A stretch of DNA of 59,125 bases, counting the filler, from Catajapyx aquilonaris (lineage: Eukaryota): the NCBI GenBank assembly GCA_000934665.2. It is 2 parts of 2 records of this genome, joined end to end, with 100 filler letters (N's around TTAATTAATTAA, not from the genome) between each part and the next. Parts side by side here need not be neighbours in the genome. Positions count along the whole stretch, not along the records: positions 29,640 to 59,125 come from JYFJ02004786.1; 1 more part is not named here. The stretch is one strand, 5' to 3'. Shown here piece by piece: positions 38,684-50,910 of this stretch (the stretch's first letter is position 1; each line of letters opens with the position of its first letter). The notes under the pieces are model-generated. The model did not search any database, was not told where the DNA came from, and saw only the letters and a program-made list of their open reading frames with translations. Position numbers and translations under genes: made by a program.

Positions 38684-38946
38684 CCCCCCGATGGTATCTC
38701 CACCTTATCGTGGTGGTGGGGTTTGCGTTTCTCCCGTGATCCCAAGAGCTATGCCGGCGGTAGCTTCGTCTACTGATAGGGCCTCCCAAGCCGGACAGGT
38801 CTTTGGGATAGGAGACAGACTAAGAGAGATGCCAGTCTTTCCTCTCTTCTTTTTCCTCTTCGTTTCTCCCTCCGTCTGTCCCACCTTTGCTTCTTCTTAC
38901 AGCCAGATAGCCACAGTTGCTTTGGCTTCTTCCAAATAAACCAAAC
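38684..38946 (+). mobile_element. Short retroposon with an RTE-like 5' head and (ACCAA)n tail
   Basis: 16-bp TSD CATTGCTGAGCGAATG (38668-38683 and 38947-38962). The head CCTT.TCGTGGTG..GGG.TTGCGT...GAGCTATGCC...CCCAAG.CGGACAGGTC resembles RTE/BovB 5' UTRs. An inverted 3' fragment lies at about 40706-40822. Confidence 0.7.
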
Positions 38947-39879
38947 CATTGCTGAGCGAATGGCTCACATGTAAATGCAGCAAAAATGTATTTTATGGCA
39001 AAACAACTTATGAATGTTGTAAAATTACCTAAAAGCCCAAAAATTCGGGCTGGATTCTAAGCCAGTTTCCAAAGTTATGAATTTTAATATTTGTATGGTA
39101 CTCGAAGGTGTAAGGATATTACTAATTGACAAATTAAATTTCAGGACAGTGGACTTTGTCAGCAGACTTCGCTCCCTGGATGATTCTCCGGCTAGTTTGC
39201 CCTGGGTCCAGACCACCAGGCATGGAAGAGCAGAGCCCACTCACAATGCTCACTCGACTCACAAATCGCCCAAGCAGCAACCCAAGTAGCATCCACGGAG
39301 CCCATTCACTTCAGGCACCTGGGAAGGGAAGGGCAGGTCCATCCGAACTTTTAAAAAATTAGTAAATAAATAAATAAATAAATAATAATTCAGGATGATC
39401 TGCTCTAGGGCCAGACCACCAGACAATAACTACCCGAGCCCATCCACAATGGGCAGATGATGATTACGTGTGATGGTGAAAGGTTGTAATAATTTGAATC
39501 AAAATTGGTATGCCCATTCCGGGGCACCATTCAATGGTATACGCAGAGTGACTGAATCAAATGAGGTGCAGGTCAATTATTCACTGAAAGGGTATGCAAA
39601 TGCATGTAAAAATGTTTTTGAGATGTTTACGTTAGATCACATCTTGCTTGCCTTCTTGTACCCAAGTGCCTTAGTATATCCTCTTCCAACCCGAACTCAT
39701 TATGCAACATAAAAATGAAAAATAACGCCATTTTTGGGAGAAGTTCATCATCCTTGACGAGGTTAAATGAAGGGGGGAAAAAATGATGATAGTTTTTGAG
39801 TTACATCATGTCCCCATATGTGGACGTGCGGCTGATAGCCCAACACTTCAAGTCTTTATTTATGCCTCTCAAAAAAACA

Positions 39880-40545
39880 ATTTCTTTGGGCAGTTAAACA
39901 ATAGTACATCTTGCACTGGTTACAAAATACCCTTGATTTTCCTTTACATTTGTTCCACCTCACCTGCAACGACTTGCATTTCGATCACTTGTCATGATGG
40001 GTAAGTGTTGGTTCTTTAAGACTGCCTTGTAGGATGAAGGTACTACAGGCCTTCGCCTCTTCGTGGCTCTTGGCATCTCAGCATCATCATGGTCATCATC
40101 AGTTTCAGTACAGGTATCCTCTTCCTCTTCATTCATCAACATGAGTGCTTCTGCTACTGCAAATCGAAACTGTAAGAAGGACATAATGTCTTTCTTTCGC
40201 GTGCCCTGCATCTTGTTGTCCTGCCGATACAACAGCCATGCGTTGGCTAGGGATAAGTCGACAAAATGCATGATTACCCTCAGCGTCCACTTGCGTGTCT
40301 TATTCTTAATACGATAATAACTAATAAGCCTATCCACAAAATCAACCCCCCCCATCAGGCAATTGTATTTGTTGATGACATAACGGCCGTGGCACATTTA
40401 GGTGCTTTTTTTCCTTCTTGCTCCATCTCTTGCAAACGTCAGTTGGCTGCAATCCATACTCAGTAGAAGCTACAACAATAGCCCTATTGTCATGCCATTT
40501 AACTACAGACACTTCCCCATCATCCCTCACCACTTGTTCCATAGA
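39880..40545 (-). pseudogene. piggyBac (PGBD3-like) transposase C-terminal fragment
   Basis: VVKWHDNRAIVVAST...KRWSKKEKKHLNVPRP, then after a frameshift INKYNCLMGGVDFVDRLISYYRI...KW..RVIMHFVDLSLANAWLLY, then a decayed Cys-rich tail. Confidence 0.9.
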
Positions 40546-43298
40546 ACCTCGGCCCTTGGTATCACATCATTATGTGACAAGCAAAAACTTTGTATGACAA
40601 GTTACTCTGTTCAGAGAAGTGGCATGGTGCAAGCAAAATCCCTGTAAGTTGAGATACAATAGTACTTCAGTTTCATCACATATGTTTAAAAAATGATGAG
40701 GGGAGGTTGGTTTGGTTTGGTTTATTTGGAAGTAGCCAAAGCAACTACGGCAATCTGGCTATATGAAGAAGCAAAGGTGGGACAGATGGAGAGAGAAACG
40801 AAGAGGGAAAAGAAGGAGGAGGAGTTTGTGAAATATATTATTGAAGCAACATAACCAACCTTGCCTAATGAATCACATGTGACTTAAGGACAAAACCAAC
40901 ATCCTGCCCTTGACTTGTATGGAAGGACTTGATGGACGGCATGAAGAGGAGGCCTGTGGGAAGGAGGGAAGGGAAGGGCTTCAATCCCCCAACCATCAAG
41001 AGATCCCTTGCGGGGTACTGGCAGGGACGACGTGAGGGTAGCAGTTGGGAAGAAGACCCATGGGCCTGGTTGCCGCCATCATTTGAGATGACTAGTTGTC
41101 CTCGTTCCTGCCTCTGATAGTACAAATTGCTCGAAGAACAAGTCACATGTGTGAAATTATCAAGGGCTGGTTGGTTGTGTTGTTTCCTTTGCATAGGTGT
41201 CAATTCCTGTCTGGAGGTGCCAAGGTTGTTCAAAGGCCCCAGGCAGGAGTTCCAAGTTTTATTCAGTGCAATAGTCATTTCTCGAGGCAGAAGTCAATCC
41301 TGTTTGTATTTAAATTTGCCTCACATGTGACGGCCTACTGCTGGGTGATCAGGCAGTCTGAATAAACTGGATTTGTATTGCTGGGAGGGAGTAAAGAGTG
41401 ATGGGGGCAGCCTAGCAGCTTGAGCTTGCATCAGACTCTTCGACAGTATTACCGTCTAGTTGCATTCTCCCACTGCATCAAATTGGGAGCCTGTTTCTTT
41501 TTCACCAAGATGTTTCCAAAAGCAGTGTGGATGGCCACCATATTTTTATCTTGGTATAGTCTTGTTGACTAGTATTTACTCCAACAAGACGTTCCTTTCT
41601 GTGACTCTGCACTGGTTCACACCAGATGGGCAATTTCAGTGTAAAATACAGGTGGTTGCCCAGGTTTCTAGCATGGGAGGGACATTGCAGTACCAATACA
41701 TACACCAGTAGTTTGAAAACAAAATCAAGGACTCACCCAATTCTGACTTGCCAGCATGTGCGTGTTAGTCCATTGAACCGTGTTACATTGCACCAGCAAT
41801 GACCTGGTACAAAGAATTCCCACTTTTGCACAACACATGACTGTCTGACTATCTACAATAATATCACTTAGATAGTCTCAGGTGCAAACTTACTGTATGT
41901 CTCATTCAGGAGAATTAGCTTGTTTGAAAAGTAGTGCCCCTTAGTTGGTACTTTTGGCATAATGAGAGCTTTCTGTGTGCGAACTGTAATGAGGACATGC
42001 TCTGGATTTCACTGCATCTTCTTTTTCGAGACATCCAGCTAGGTGTCCCAATTGCTTAATGGGCTGGCCTTTGTCCTGTGGGGAAGTTTGATTGATTGAG
42101 AAGTTACTCCTCAGTGTACCATGCAGTCTCCAAGCAGGATTATTTGTCAAGTACAGTTACCAACTTCCTACGGCTCGGGACTGGATCAAGGAAGCCCAAC
42201 TCCTGGAAGAAGCTCCAGCTTGTGGTTTCGTAGCCAACGCTGCTGCTGCCACTTCCCCTCTTCTCCTTCTCCCGCATCAGCCTCATATATCTTTCCCGGG
42301 TGGCCTTCCTTACCCGAAAAGTGAAGGGTACATGGTGGTGAATCCACAATCCTACCTATTTGTTAAGGTTTTATGCCATTTTTGCAGGCAAAAGGTTTGC
42401 ACATGTTTCAAGCATGAAAAAAATTTTCTGTCATTCTTGACTAAAGTCGCAATGGCAGATGTCATGTCGTCATTCTCCATTGCCCTGAATCGTGCTTTGC
42501 CATGGATCCGCAGCAGGGCTCCTTTTTAGTGAAAATGTCACAAGTAAGTGCTTGGAAAGGTGTGGGGTAAGAATGGCACAGGTAAAACGTGGAAAAATAT
42601 ATTTAAATGGCACAATGGCTAGAAGCAGCTGGTTTATTGGAGAAATGGTTTGGTTACTCTGGTTGGCGTTGAACCTGTAATCAGAAGATATGGGGTTTCT
42701 GTTGCTTATGAATGACCTTGTTTGCATGTCATTTGTCGCTTCCTCATCTCATTATCCAAGTAATGCCTGAAGTTCTTGAAATTATCAATGCCCTTGTCAA
42801 TCATGTGGAGCACTTCACATTTGTTTGTTGGTCAGATGGGACTTTTTGTTCCTATGCCCATGGCATGGCATGAGCCATGATGGCGTGCCTAGTGAACGTG
42901 TTGGACAACTTCTGGAAGGGACACAATATGCGTTGTGGAACTTCCACTCGTAATCTCCCAGGCGATGCAATACTTACTAAACTTGGAGGAACGACATCTT
43001 TTGTGGGTAACCCGAGACAGGGAAAATGTCGTGCAAACTGAGTCTTGCCTTATTCCCGACTCCACTACTACCCACGAGGATGTGTATGAATACACAGCGT
43101 AAGTTTCAAGGGGTACATGCGTCATGCACTGCTGGATCAAGCAGATGCATGGTCATGCTGGCAGAATTCCACGTTTCCTCTCGCATAAGCTCGATATGGC
43201 ACTCAAATGTTTCTTTTCTAGGTTTTGATTATATGCATTTTTATTGATGAATGTTAATAATTGAAAAGGTTACAAAAATCAAATAACCCACGCACAAG

Positions 43299-44013
43299 TC
43301 ATCGACTTTCAAGGTAGTGGTCGACTTGGGCACCCGCTGAGTCAACACAGGCTTGCAGACGCAAAGCAACATTTTCACACGCCTTCCTGCACATGTCAAC
43401 CGGAACGTTGTTGAATTCCTGAACAATCACCTGACGCAAACGTTGCTCACTGTCAATGGGATTATAGTACACCTTATCCTTCAGGTAACCCCAAAGGAAA
43501 AAGTGTGGTGGGGTGAGGTCGAGTGAACGTACTGGCCACTCCATAGGCCCTCGACGGCCTCATCTCTCAACACAATGTTCCAGATAAGGTCAGGGTTGTC
43601 TTGAAACTTGGTCGGCATCAACTCGGCACACTCAAGTCGCCTGTCGAAGTCGTCCTCGTTAAGAGCATGAATAAGCCCTGGATGGTATGGCGTCAGTTTC
43701 ATGTCGCTCAAAACTCTCCGCAGACTTGTTCTGGAAATGCCCATCAGGGCCGACAAACAGCAGGTAGACTTGGATTTATCAGGAGAGGGTGCCAGTTCCG
43801 CAGCAACACGTGCTTGTGTGTGTGCAGTTCGGACAGTTCTCGGTTGACCGGGATGCTTGGGATACACAGCACTGGCACTTGCATCAAACTGCTTGTTGAT
43901 TCGGATGATTGTGTCCCTGTGGACTGCAGGCGGTCCAAATTCTGCCAGCATCCTGCGCTAGACTTCTGATAACGTTGTAAGTAACTGAGAAGAGGCGCAC
44001 ACACCTCACGCAC
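43299..44013 (-). pseudogene. Tc1/mariner-superfamily transposase relic
   Basis: G.PRTVRT..., GISRTSLRRVL..MKL.PYH..L.HALNEDDFDRRL, RDEA, then EWPVRSLDLTPPHFFLWGYLKDKVYY...RLQACVDSAG. Internally deleted and frameshifted. Confidence 0.88.
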
Positions 44014-44129
44014 TGCTCAATCGACAACCTTCTTCCTGCCGTGATGTTTTCTCTATCGACAACAAAGGGTAGGCTACTTCGGCCCTGTACCTTTGGATGA
44101 ATTGGTTATTTATTTGTTAATGATCAAAA

Positions 44130-44600
44130 ACTGCCTAATTGAGTCTGGCCCACAAAATTAGCAATGGCAGAAGGACCATAAAAAATTTGCAGGCGTATCC
44201 CACAAGTGTTGCAAAAAAGGAAATCTTGAGATTCCAAACAGCTGGAGCACACCTGTTCTGAAACTACCATATTCACCCCATGCAACCACGTGTTCTCGAC
44301 TGGTGGTGGTCCTGTGTGGTCTCCATATCAAAGAAAATATAGAGAAAGCTACAGTTATTGTTGTTACTTCCCCTTCCTCTCGGGCTGCCCACACCACGGT
44401 GTCAGCAGATGCTCAGGCACATACTTCTCCAGTGTGTGCAGCTCGGGTGTTGTATACTTCTGGATGTAACAAAGGTGACCTCCCATCACCATGGTCTTAC
44501 ATGCCTTGCAGTACCTCTCCCCACAACGGTGTAAAAAGCCTTGTTTTCTCTTCCACATATCCACTAGCATTGAACATTTTTTACACATAAATAGGGTTTC
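44130..44600 (-). pseudogene. Polinton/Maverick protein-primed DNA polymerase B fragment
   Basis: CKKC...HRCGERYCKAC...HLCYIQ Cys/His cluster, followed after a frameshift by YIFFDMETTQD (ExoI-like) and a degenerate AIANFVG (ExoII-like). Confidence 0.65.
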
Positions 44601-45799
44601 GCAAAGGGAGAGACTGGTTATACCGACTATTACTACCACTAGTATTAACCTAAGGTAAACAGGAAGTCAAATCCTATATCTTAAAATGCTCCACATACAT
44701 ACGCTCACTCCGGGATAGCAATGAAAACAGGATGATTATGCGTTCGATTCATTATATCATAGCCCTTTCGAGAATAATGTTAGTTTTTGCTACCTCTCTC
44801 AGTTCACTTAGACAGTTACAACAATGCAATATCTCAACATTAGTTGGTTGTTGTAGTTGTGTGATAGACTCCCACACATTGTGTTTGTTACTGGAATCTA
44901 TTCAGTTCAATGTTATTTCACATATTGGAAACAATTATTGCGACGAAAGTATAAGGCAGCTTGGGGTACATGGTACGGGAAGTGGAATATTGTAGGAGAT
45001 AAGGAACGGTGTGACATGGTGCGGAAATCAAGATCTCGAAGCGAGGCATGCGAGATGAGGCAGGCAGTAGTAAAGCAGCATTCTTTTCCTCTACTTGCTA
45101 CAATTTTTTTTCATCTTTCTCGCTCGTCCTCGCTGATTGGTAGAATGTATGTCCACAGAGAGTGCTTTGCTTTCGTAATAGACCTTGTCTTCACTAACAA
45201 CCTGAGCATGAACACTTGAAGCTCGCGGCACTCCTCCCACCAGTCGGCGTGTCCTCCTTCATTGGTAGCCCGCTCCAGCAAACTCCAAAGCTTCTTCATT
45301 ATTCCCCTTTCTAATAGCCATTTTCGATAACCTAACCTGAAGGCTTTCAATTATTGGGTAAGGACCACTTCTGCCAACTTCTCTGACGGCGCGATGCGAC
45401 CTCCATATATGTATGTTTATATGCCTTGCATGCTGAAAATGTCATCTCCCGGGTGTTGCTGGCTTCACTGGACGTGTCCTGAATCATAGCACGGCACTTG
45501 CTGCGGGCAAGGCATTTCCTAGCGAAGGGTGATCGGCAATAAGGTTGGAATTGCCATAAGTGTAACTTTACAGGAGACATGTTTATTTCCTTTGTCCAAA
45601 TACATGTAACAGAAAGGCCATGGCAAAATTCCGAGGAACACTGTCAGGCGTTCCAGGTAGGTGTGCACAAGTCCGAGTATGTAAAACGGCTAGTTACCAG
45701 ACAAAAAAAAAAAAAAAACCAAAGTTACCTGTACGCAATAACGTTGGAAGTGCCACATACCATTTTATGCAACAACGTGGCAAGTGCTATTTTATACAG

Positions 45800-46290
45800 G
45801 AACAGCGTTTCGGTCTGGGACAAGAGGGTATTGGACCAGGTCTTCAAAATATGGAATGGCCTCACCAGGAAGGTACCCCAACCACTTGCGGAAGTCCTTC
45901 TTCTTTGGCTCTGGCAGTGCTTGTGTCTTTTGGATCCGTCGCAAGTCTGCATCAGCGAAGGTCTGGACTGTCACTCCCTGTTTGAGGATTGTCACTTCAG
46001 TCCATTCCATAGCTTCATCCAGACATGTCTTGTAACTGACAGTCCCAAAGTTCGCAGTGTTAGCTTCAGAGTTGCAGCTGACTGGATTTTCAGGTTGACT
46101 GTGGCGAGATTTCCACGTGCGAGGTTCCCAAAAGCGATGAAATCCTCTTTTATTGTTGCTAGAAAAGGATGGGATGGCCGTGCTTGAAGTATGACATTCA
46201 CGAAATCCTTTGGTGTGAACATCTTGGACACCTTCCTTTTCTCCACGAGGGCAAAGTGGCGGTCGCAAGCTAGGTAGGAGTTCATTCCAC
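45800..46290 (-). pseudogene. Sola1-like DDE transposase C-terminal fragment
   Basis: SYLACDRHFALVEK.K...FTPKDFVNVILQAR..PF (compare GHSYLPCDRDF..IEK) and the terminal KKKDFRKWL.YLP.EA..YFEDL. Confidence 0.6.
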
Positions 46291-46492
46291 CTCTTCACAG
46301 CTCTTGATAGCGACCAGTGCCGCTCACTAAACTATGATCATAGGCTTTTGCACTAGTCCCATAGTCACACACTATAGCGCCGAAGCACTTTCACTTTTTC
46401 TTCATGTACAATTACATTAGCAGACGTATCTAAACTGTTCAACAAAAACTTATATCAGCTATTGCAGAGACTGCAGAATTGGAGCAAGAACG

Positions 46493-46708
46493 ATGCATAA
46501 TCAAAGACGTCAAAAATGTCAGGACTACAGAATCAAAGTGACAACGCCCAAACTTCAAGAGCGACTAGTTTTAGAATTAAATCAAGCATTTGCAAGGTTA
46601 AGAGAAAGGGAACCAAAATGCCCCACTTCTTTAAAAAGGTGTACGTACCCACCCATGGTAAAGACGTTGATAAAAGTATTAAATTATTATGATGATATTA
46701 TTAAGTAG
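46493..46708 (+). other. Short ORF with an HLH-like pattern
   Basis: ERLVLELNQAFARLREREP...VKTLIKVLNYY resembles bHLH helix 1 (LN.AF..LR...P) and helix 2 (TL..A..Y). The basic region is poor. Confidence 0.35.
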
Positions 46709-47411
46709 ACTTATAGTATTGTAGTTAAGTAAGATAAAGTGAGCCACCCCCAGTCGGCCCAAAGACTTACTCCGGGGAAAGCATTATAAAGTTAAAAATT
46801 ATATGTGAGGAGGGCCACCCCAGTCGGCTCAAGGACTTACTCCAGGGTGAACCAACCTCTAGCATTAAGGAGGAAACCTTGTATCATGAGGTGAACAACT
46901 GTTATCGTGTGCAGTGGTGGGACAACAGGGGAGGACCCAGGAAAGAAGGTGCGAGCACGTGTAGTCAAAAACGGGGGGATAGCTAGGACAGGGTCCATGA
47001 GCAAAACCAACAACAGGCAGAAAGCCTCAAAAATTTAAAACAGAACACCAACACAATTACACAAGGGCCAGTCTACACGCCTAGAGCAGAGGAGAGTAAT
47101 CGTGCTAGCAACGACACTATTCTACCACTCCAACAGCATGTAAAACTTGACAACCAAAAATTTAAAGGAGCTCAACAAACTACATTAGTTGGCACAGCAC
47201 CAAAATAACCACACAAACAACCTGCTCGGAAACCACTGATACTCAAATCACAACAATGCTTCAAGATTATCAACTGCTTTTCTTTAACCCTACGCTTACC
47301 CATTCAATCAGTACTAACAGTAAGCAAAGCCTGTTTCATGGCTGACTTGACATATCTCTAATCAAGACCCTATCAACACAAACATACATCTACCTTGGGA
47401 TACGTGCTACA

Positions 47412-47690
47412 TTAAAACTTGCTCGGACTGTACCTATCTGGTGCTTTGTGTGTACGTTCACTACGCCTGGGATTTTGATGATAGTCAACTGCGTCCAACT
47501 GTACCAAATCATAGGCAACTCGAGGTTCATTTGCCTGAGGGGCTGGTGTGGCAGGAACCACATTAGGTCGTACTGCTTCAAAAGCTCTGGCCGGAGGTGG
47601 CCCAGCAAATCCTCTCACAATACTGCACTCATCTGGATCAAAGTACATATTTTCTGCCACAGAATGCCTACTAACCGACCTTGCCTTTTC
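47412..47690 (-). mobile_element. Gypsy-type pol C-terminal tail fragment
   Basis: Ends PRRSERTHKAPDRYSP-stop, the RRSxRxxKxPxRY tail common in Ty3/Gypsy integrases. Confidence 0.5.
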
Positions 47691-47847
47691 TGCTCTACGT
47701 GGCCCAGCCGGAGTGACCTGAGGGGTCACCACCTGATCACTACCCTTGTTATAACTTGTTATAATTATATATATAATTATAACAAGTAGGTTGCTCTTCC
47801 CGGCGTTAAATTGCCCAATCCTTAGGTCCGATTGGATTTCAGACATT

Positions 47848-48200
47848 TTAAAGCTTTACCCGTATCTGCTCCCGCCGTCGCGTCCAAGCCGGGCAACCGC
47901 TAGCCCATACTGGATGATCCGTCTCGGGGAGTCCCATGGCCTTGCACAGCACGCAGGTGGGCACCCCACCCTTGTACTGGCACTGCCAGGACCCGTGCGC
48001 CCCGGCACAAAAGCCACACCGAGGTGCGGCTCGGCACGGGCGGCCCCTGTTGGACTGGGCCGAGTGCTCGAAGGCACTGCAACGGAAACATCGGTCTGGG
48101 ATCGCCTCTACCCGGCAGGAGATCAGGTCGACGACCAGACTCCCTTCGGAAGTTAGCGACAGGTACAGTGTCGGGGACAGCTCCAACCGCCAATTCACTC
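47848..48200 (-). mobile_element. Non-LTR retrotransposon ORF1 (gag-like) zinc-knuckle fragment
   Basis: Three knuckles in the I/Jockey/R1 ORF1 arrangement: RCFRC..FEH, CGFCAGAH....C, and CVLC.......DH......CP. Confidence 0.75.
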
Positions 48201-48429
48201 TCGCTCCCTTCTGGCACGGCCGCGACGACACCGCCGGCAGGTGGTTCGTCAGCGGCAAGAAGTCGGCAAAGAGGCCCTATGGTGTTTTGAAACAATGACA
48301 GCATTTCAAGCGGCCTAGCCTTAACCTTCTCTGCGTCCACAACAGGAGACACCTGAGGCGAGGGGGTGTCCGGAGTTTTGATCATCGTTTCCTGCCTATA
48401 GTTGACCGGTGTGTTGACCCTTCTATCCC

Positions 48430-49901
48430 TTAATTCCCGGTTGAACAAGGAGGGTGATACTCGTTTCCCGAGCTAGGCACCATTGCTAGTTCTTGTCCAG
48501 GAGGACACTGGCCACTATACATAGGATTTCCCCCAGGTGCAAAACTAATCTGAGGCACATATTCATACCAGTAGCTCTCGCCTCTGCCTTGAGCGGACAC
48601 ATCACTAATTTCAGTCATGCTCCCTGGCGGTCCAGAAGAGTACACTTGCCTACCTGGTACCTGCATTGCATACCCCTTTTCCTGATTCTGAGGGCAATGA
48701 GCCTTCCAATGCTTCCCTCCACAATTTGGACAAGGGTAGGGTGGGTCCCTAACCTGGCCTTTCATTGGACACCTGTTGATAAAGTGGTCTGTACTTCCAC
48801 ACCTAAAGCAAGCACCCGTTGCCTTCTTGGGCACCTGAGGACATTGCGGAAGCAAATGCTGATCTGAATTACATCTATAGCAACGTGGCTTGTTCCTATT
48901 TGCTTTCGGTCTAACCCCACTTTTTCCTAACTCATCCTTGACCTGGAGAGGAGCAACCACCGCCTGTTTGGCTTCCTCCCACTTCTTTGTTGCCTCCAAC
49001 CACTTCTTTGTTGCCTCCAACTGATACTCCTCCAGTTGATTGTAAGCATTGCCACCTTGTCTGTCAACTGGCCTACAACATCTATATCATCATTCTCACA
49101 AGCCAACAATACCCTATTTCTCGGCTTGGTTCCTATCAAACCGCTCTTCTCATTGGCCTCACACTCTAATGCTATCCTAATAGCTCCTGAGAAATTGGCT
49201 GGCTTCAGAATTTGCAATGTGTGCCGTGTCCTTTCTAACTGCAATCCTGACCTGAATTGTGACAGTACTAACAGCTCTACAGTCACTATATCCTTGGGAG
49301 CATCCCTACACCCCTGTAATTCCAGTTGCATCTTTCGAAACTCAGTCACAAATTCATTAACACTCTGGGCCACTTCTTGCCTTATGCCCTTAACATCCCC
49401 AATGAGTTCCGAGAACCTACGGCTAGGACTAAACCTCTCCAAAAACAAAGCCTTGAATTTATCCCCGTCTCTTGCTGTTTGCACTTCTGGAGTAAACATG
49501 GCAAAGTCAGCAGCAATGCCTCCCAGCTTCAATTTCACACATCTGATTTTGTCCTCGCCTGACCACAACGACATGTCTCCTGCCAATTAAATCTGCTCCA
49601 AAAATCCCCTGGCAGATTCAGACGGCATGCCTTCAAAGCCACGAATCGACATCATCATACTTGTGTTAATCTTACTATGCGCCTGATGGTCCCTATCATT
49701 CAGCTCTTGGTTTCCCAAATTCGGCTGCCGGAGCTCCCTACCATTATGCTCATTGTTGCCATTGTTGGTCCCATTCCCAACCGTCTCCTCCTCAGTTGCA
49801 GCCGGGAACTGCCATAATTCCAAACTCTCTAAGTCAAGCAAATTAACACCCCTCTGAGAACCTGCCATTTTGAAGCTAACTTTCCTCCCGTCACTACACA
49901 A
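48430..49901 (-). pseudogene. Ty3/Gypsy gag, disrupted by one in-frame stop (49587-49589) and one frameshift (about 49020)
   Basis: Capsid-like FEG...ARGFL / F.ALFLERF / QSVNEF..E / F.SGL, and CCHC knuckles CYRCNSDQHLLPQC, CFRCGSTDHFINRC and CPNCGGKHWKAHC. Confidence 0.85.
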
Positions 49902-50186
49902 AATTATCTCTTGCAGTTGCAGTACTGCCTAGCCTCTGCCTATCCCTACCCTGAGGAAAAATGGTGCATTAATCCTGAGGAAGAAAATCCATTAGCTCAC
50001 CTCTGTGGTTGAGAAAATTCACTAACTCGAACAATTTAACACTTGACTCATTACGAGTTGAACCACACCCTCCAAATCTGCATCACCTCACCACAACGCA
50101 TAAAATGACCAAAACACATATCCTGGTCACGGCACAAATTGTGGTAGGCAAGGGACAAACAACCAAACTCACTACTGTTGAGAGTC

Positions 50187-50215
50187 CCCAGTGGCCTCCT
50201 ACCAAAGTTGTGACA
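50187..50215 (-). promoter_or_regulatory. Putative LTR 3' edge and primer-binding site of the Gypsy element
   Basis: The minus strand reads ...TGTCACA actt TGGTAGGAGGCCACTGGG about 300 nt upstream of gag: a CA end followed by a TGG-starting PBS. Confidence 0.45.
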
Positions 50216-50689
50216 AGAGTGATGCAGGGTTGGAAGAAATGTAGTCGACAAGTTTTGCTCTTTTCGAAACCAAATTATTATGCCAATAAATTTCCAACAC
50301 AATTACATCAATTTAAAAATCAGTGAAGTTTACACATGAGAACTTCTCAACAACCACAGCTTACACACAATACGCTGGTTTCCCGACGGCCAGAAATCCG
50401 TCTGGTGTAGCCCGCTTCAGCAGGAAGCCTTCCTGCATACAACTTGGACCTCAGTCGGCTCGGGATGGTCCCTCATGGTAGCGTGGTTTCCTCCCTCCTT
50501 TCTTCCGCCATCTTGGAAGTCTTTCCGCCATCTTGTGTCAGGGGCGACCATCTTGGTATCTTCTCACGAGACGCGTAATTTGTGGAGGGAAGGGTTTACA
50601 AAAGATTCTCCCGGGGTGACTGGACCACCCAAACCTATTCAAGCCACATCGGCACCCAATAGTTTTTGCAACCTACGACCACTCCTTTT

Positions 50690-50910
50690 GTAAAAAAATA
50701 ACTCGACTCAGTTCGAAAGTAAACACCTGACTGCTCTTGAAATTCTGTGCAGGAACGAATTCATCAGGGTCATTTTTGTAAGATGCAACATAGCGGGCAA
50801 GAGCACTTTTAGATAATCCGAGATCGGCAGCAACAACTCTCACGGATTTTCCATTTTGCACAACTTCCTGTACTGCACGGCGAATTTCTGCCTTCCAGTT
50901 AGACGCTTAT
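50690..50910 (-). pseudogene. pogo/Tigger-like transposase N-terminal HTH (psq-type) fragment
   Basis: NWKAEIRRAVQEVVQNGKSVRVVAADLGLSKSALARYV...QVFT.E. Confidence 0.65.

Noticed and set aside
41400..43150. Plus-strand LTR-retrotransposon RT/RNase H/gag remnants (FTPDGQFQ, WEPVSFS, DWIKEAQLLE)
   Set aside because: Motifs are short, out of canonical order and too decayed to call without a search.
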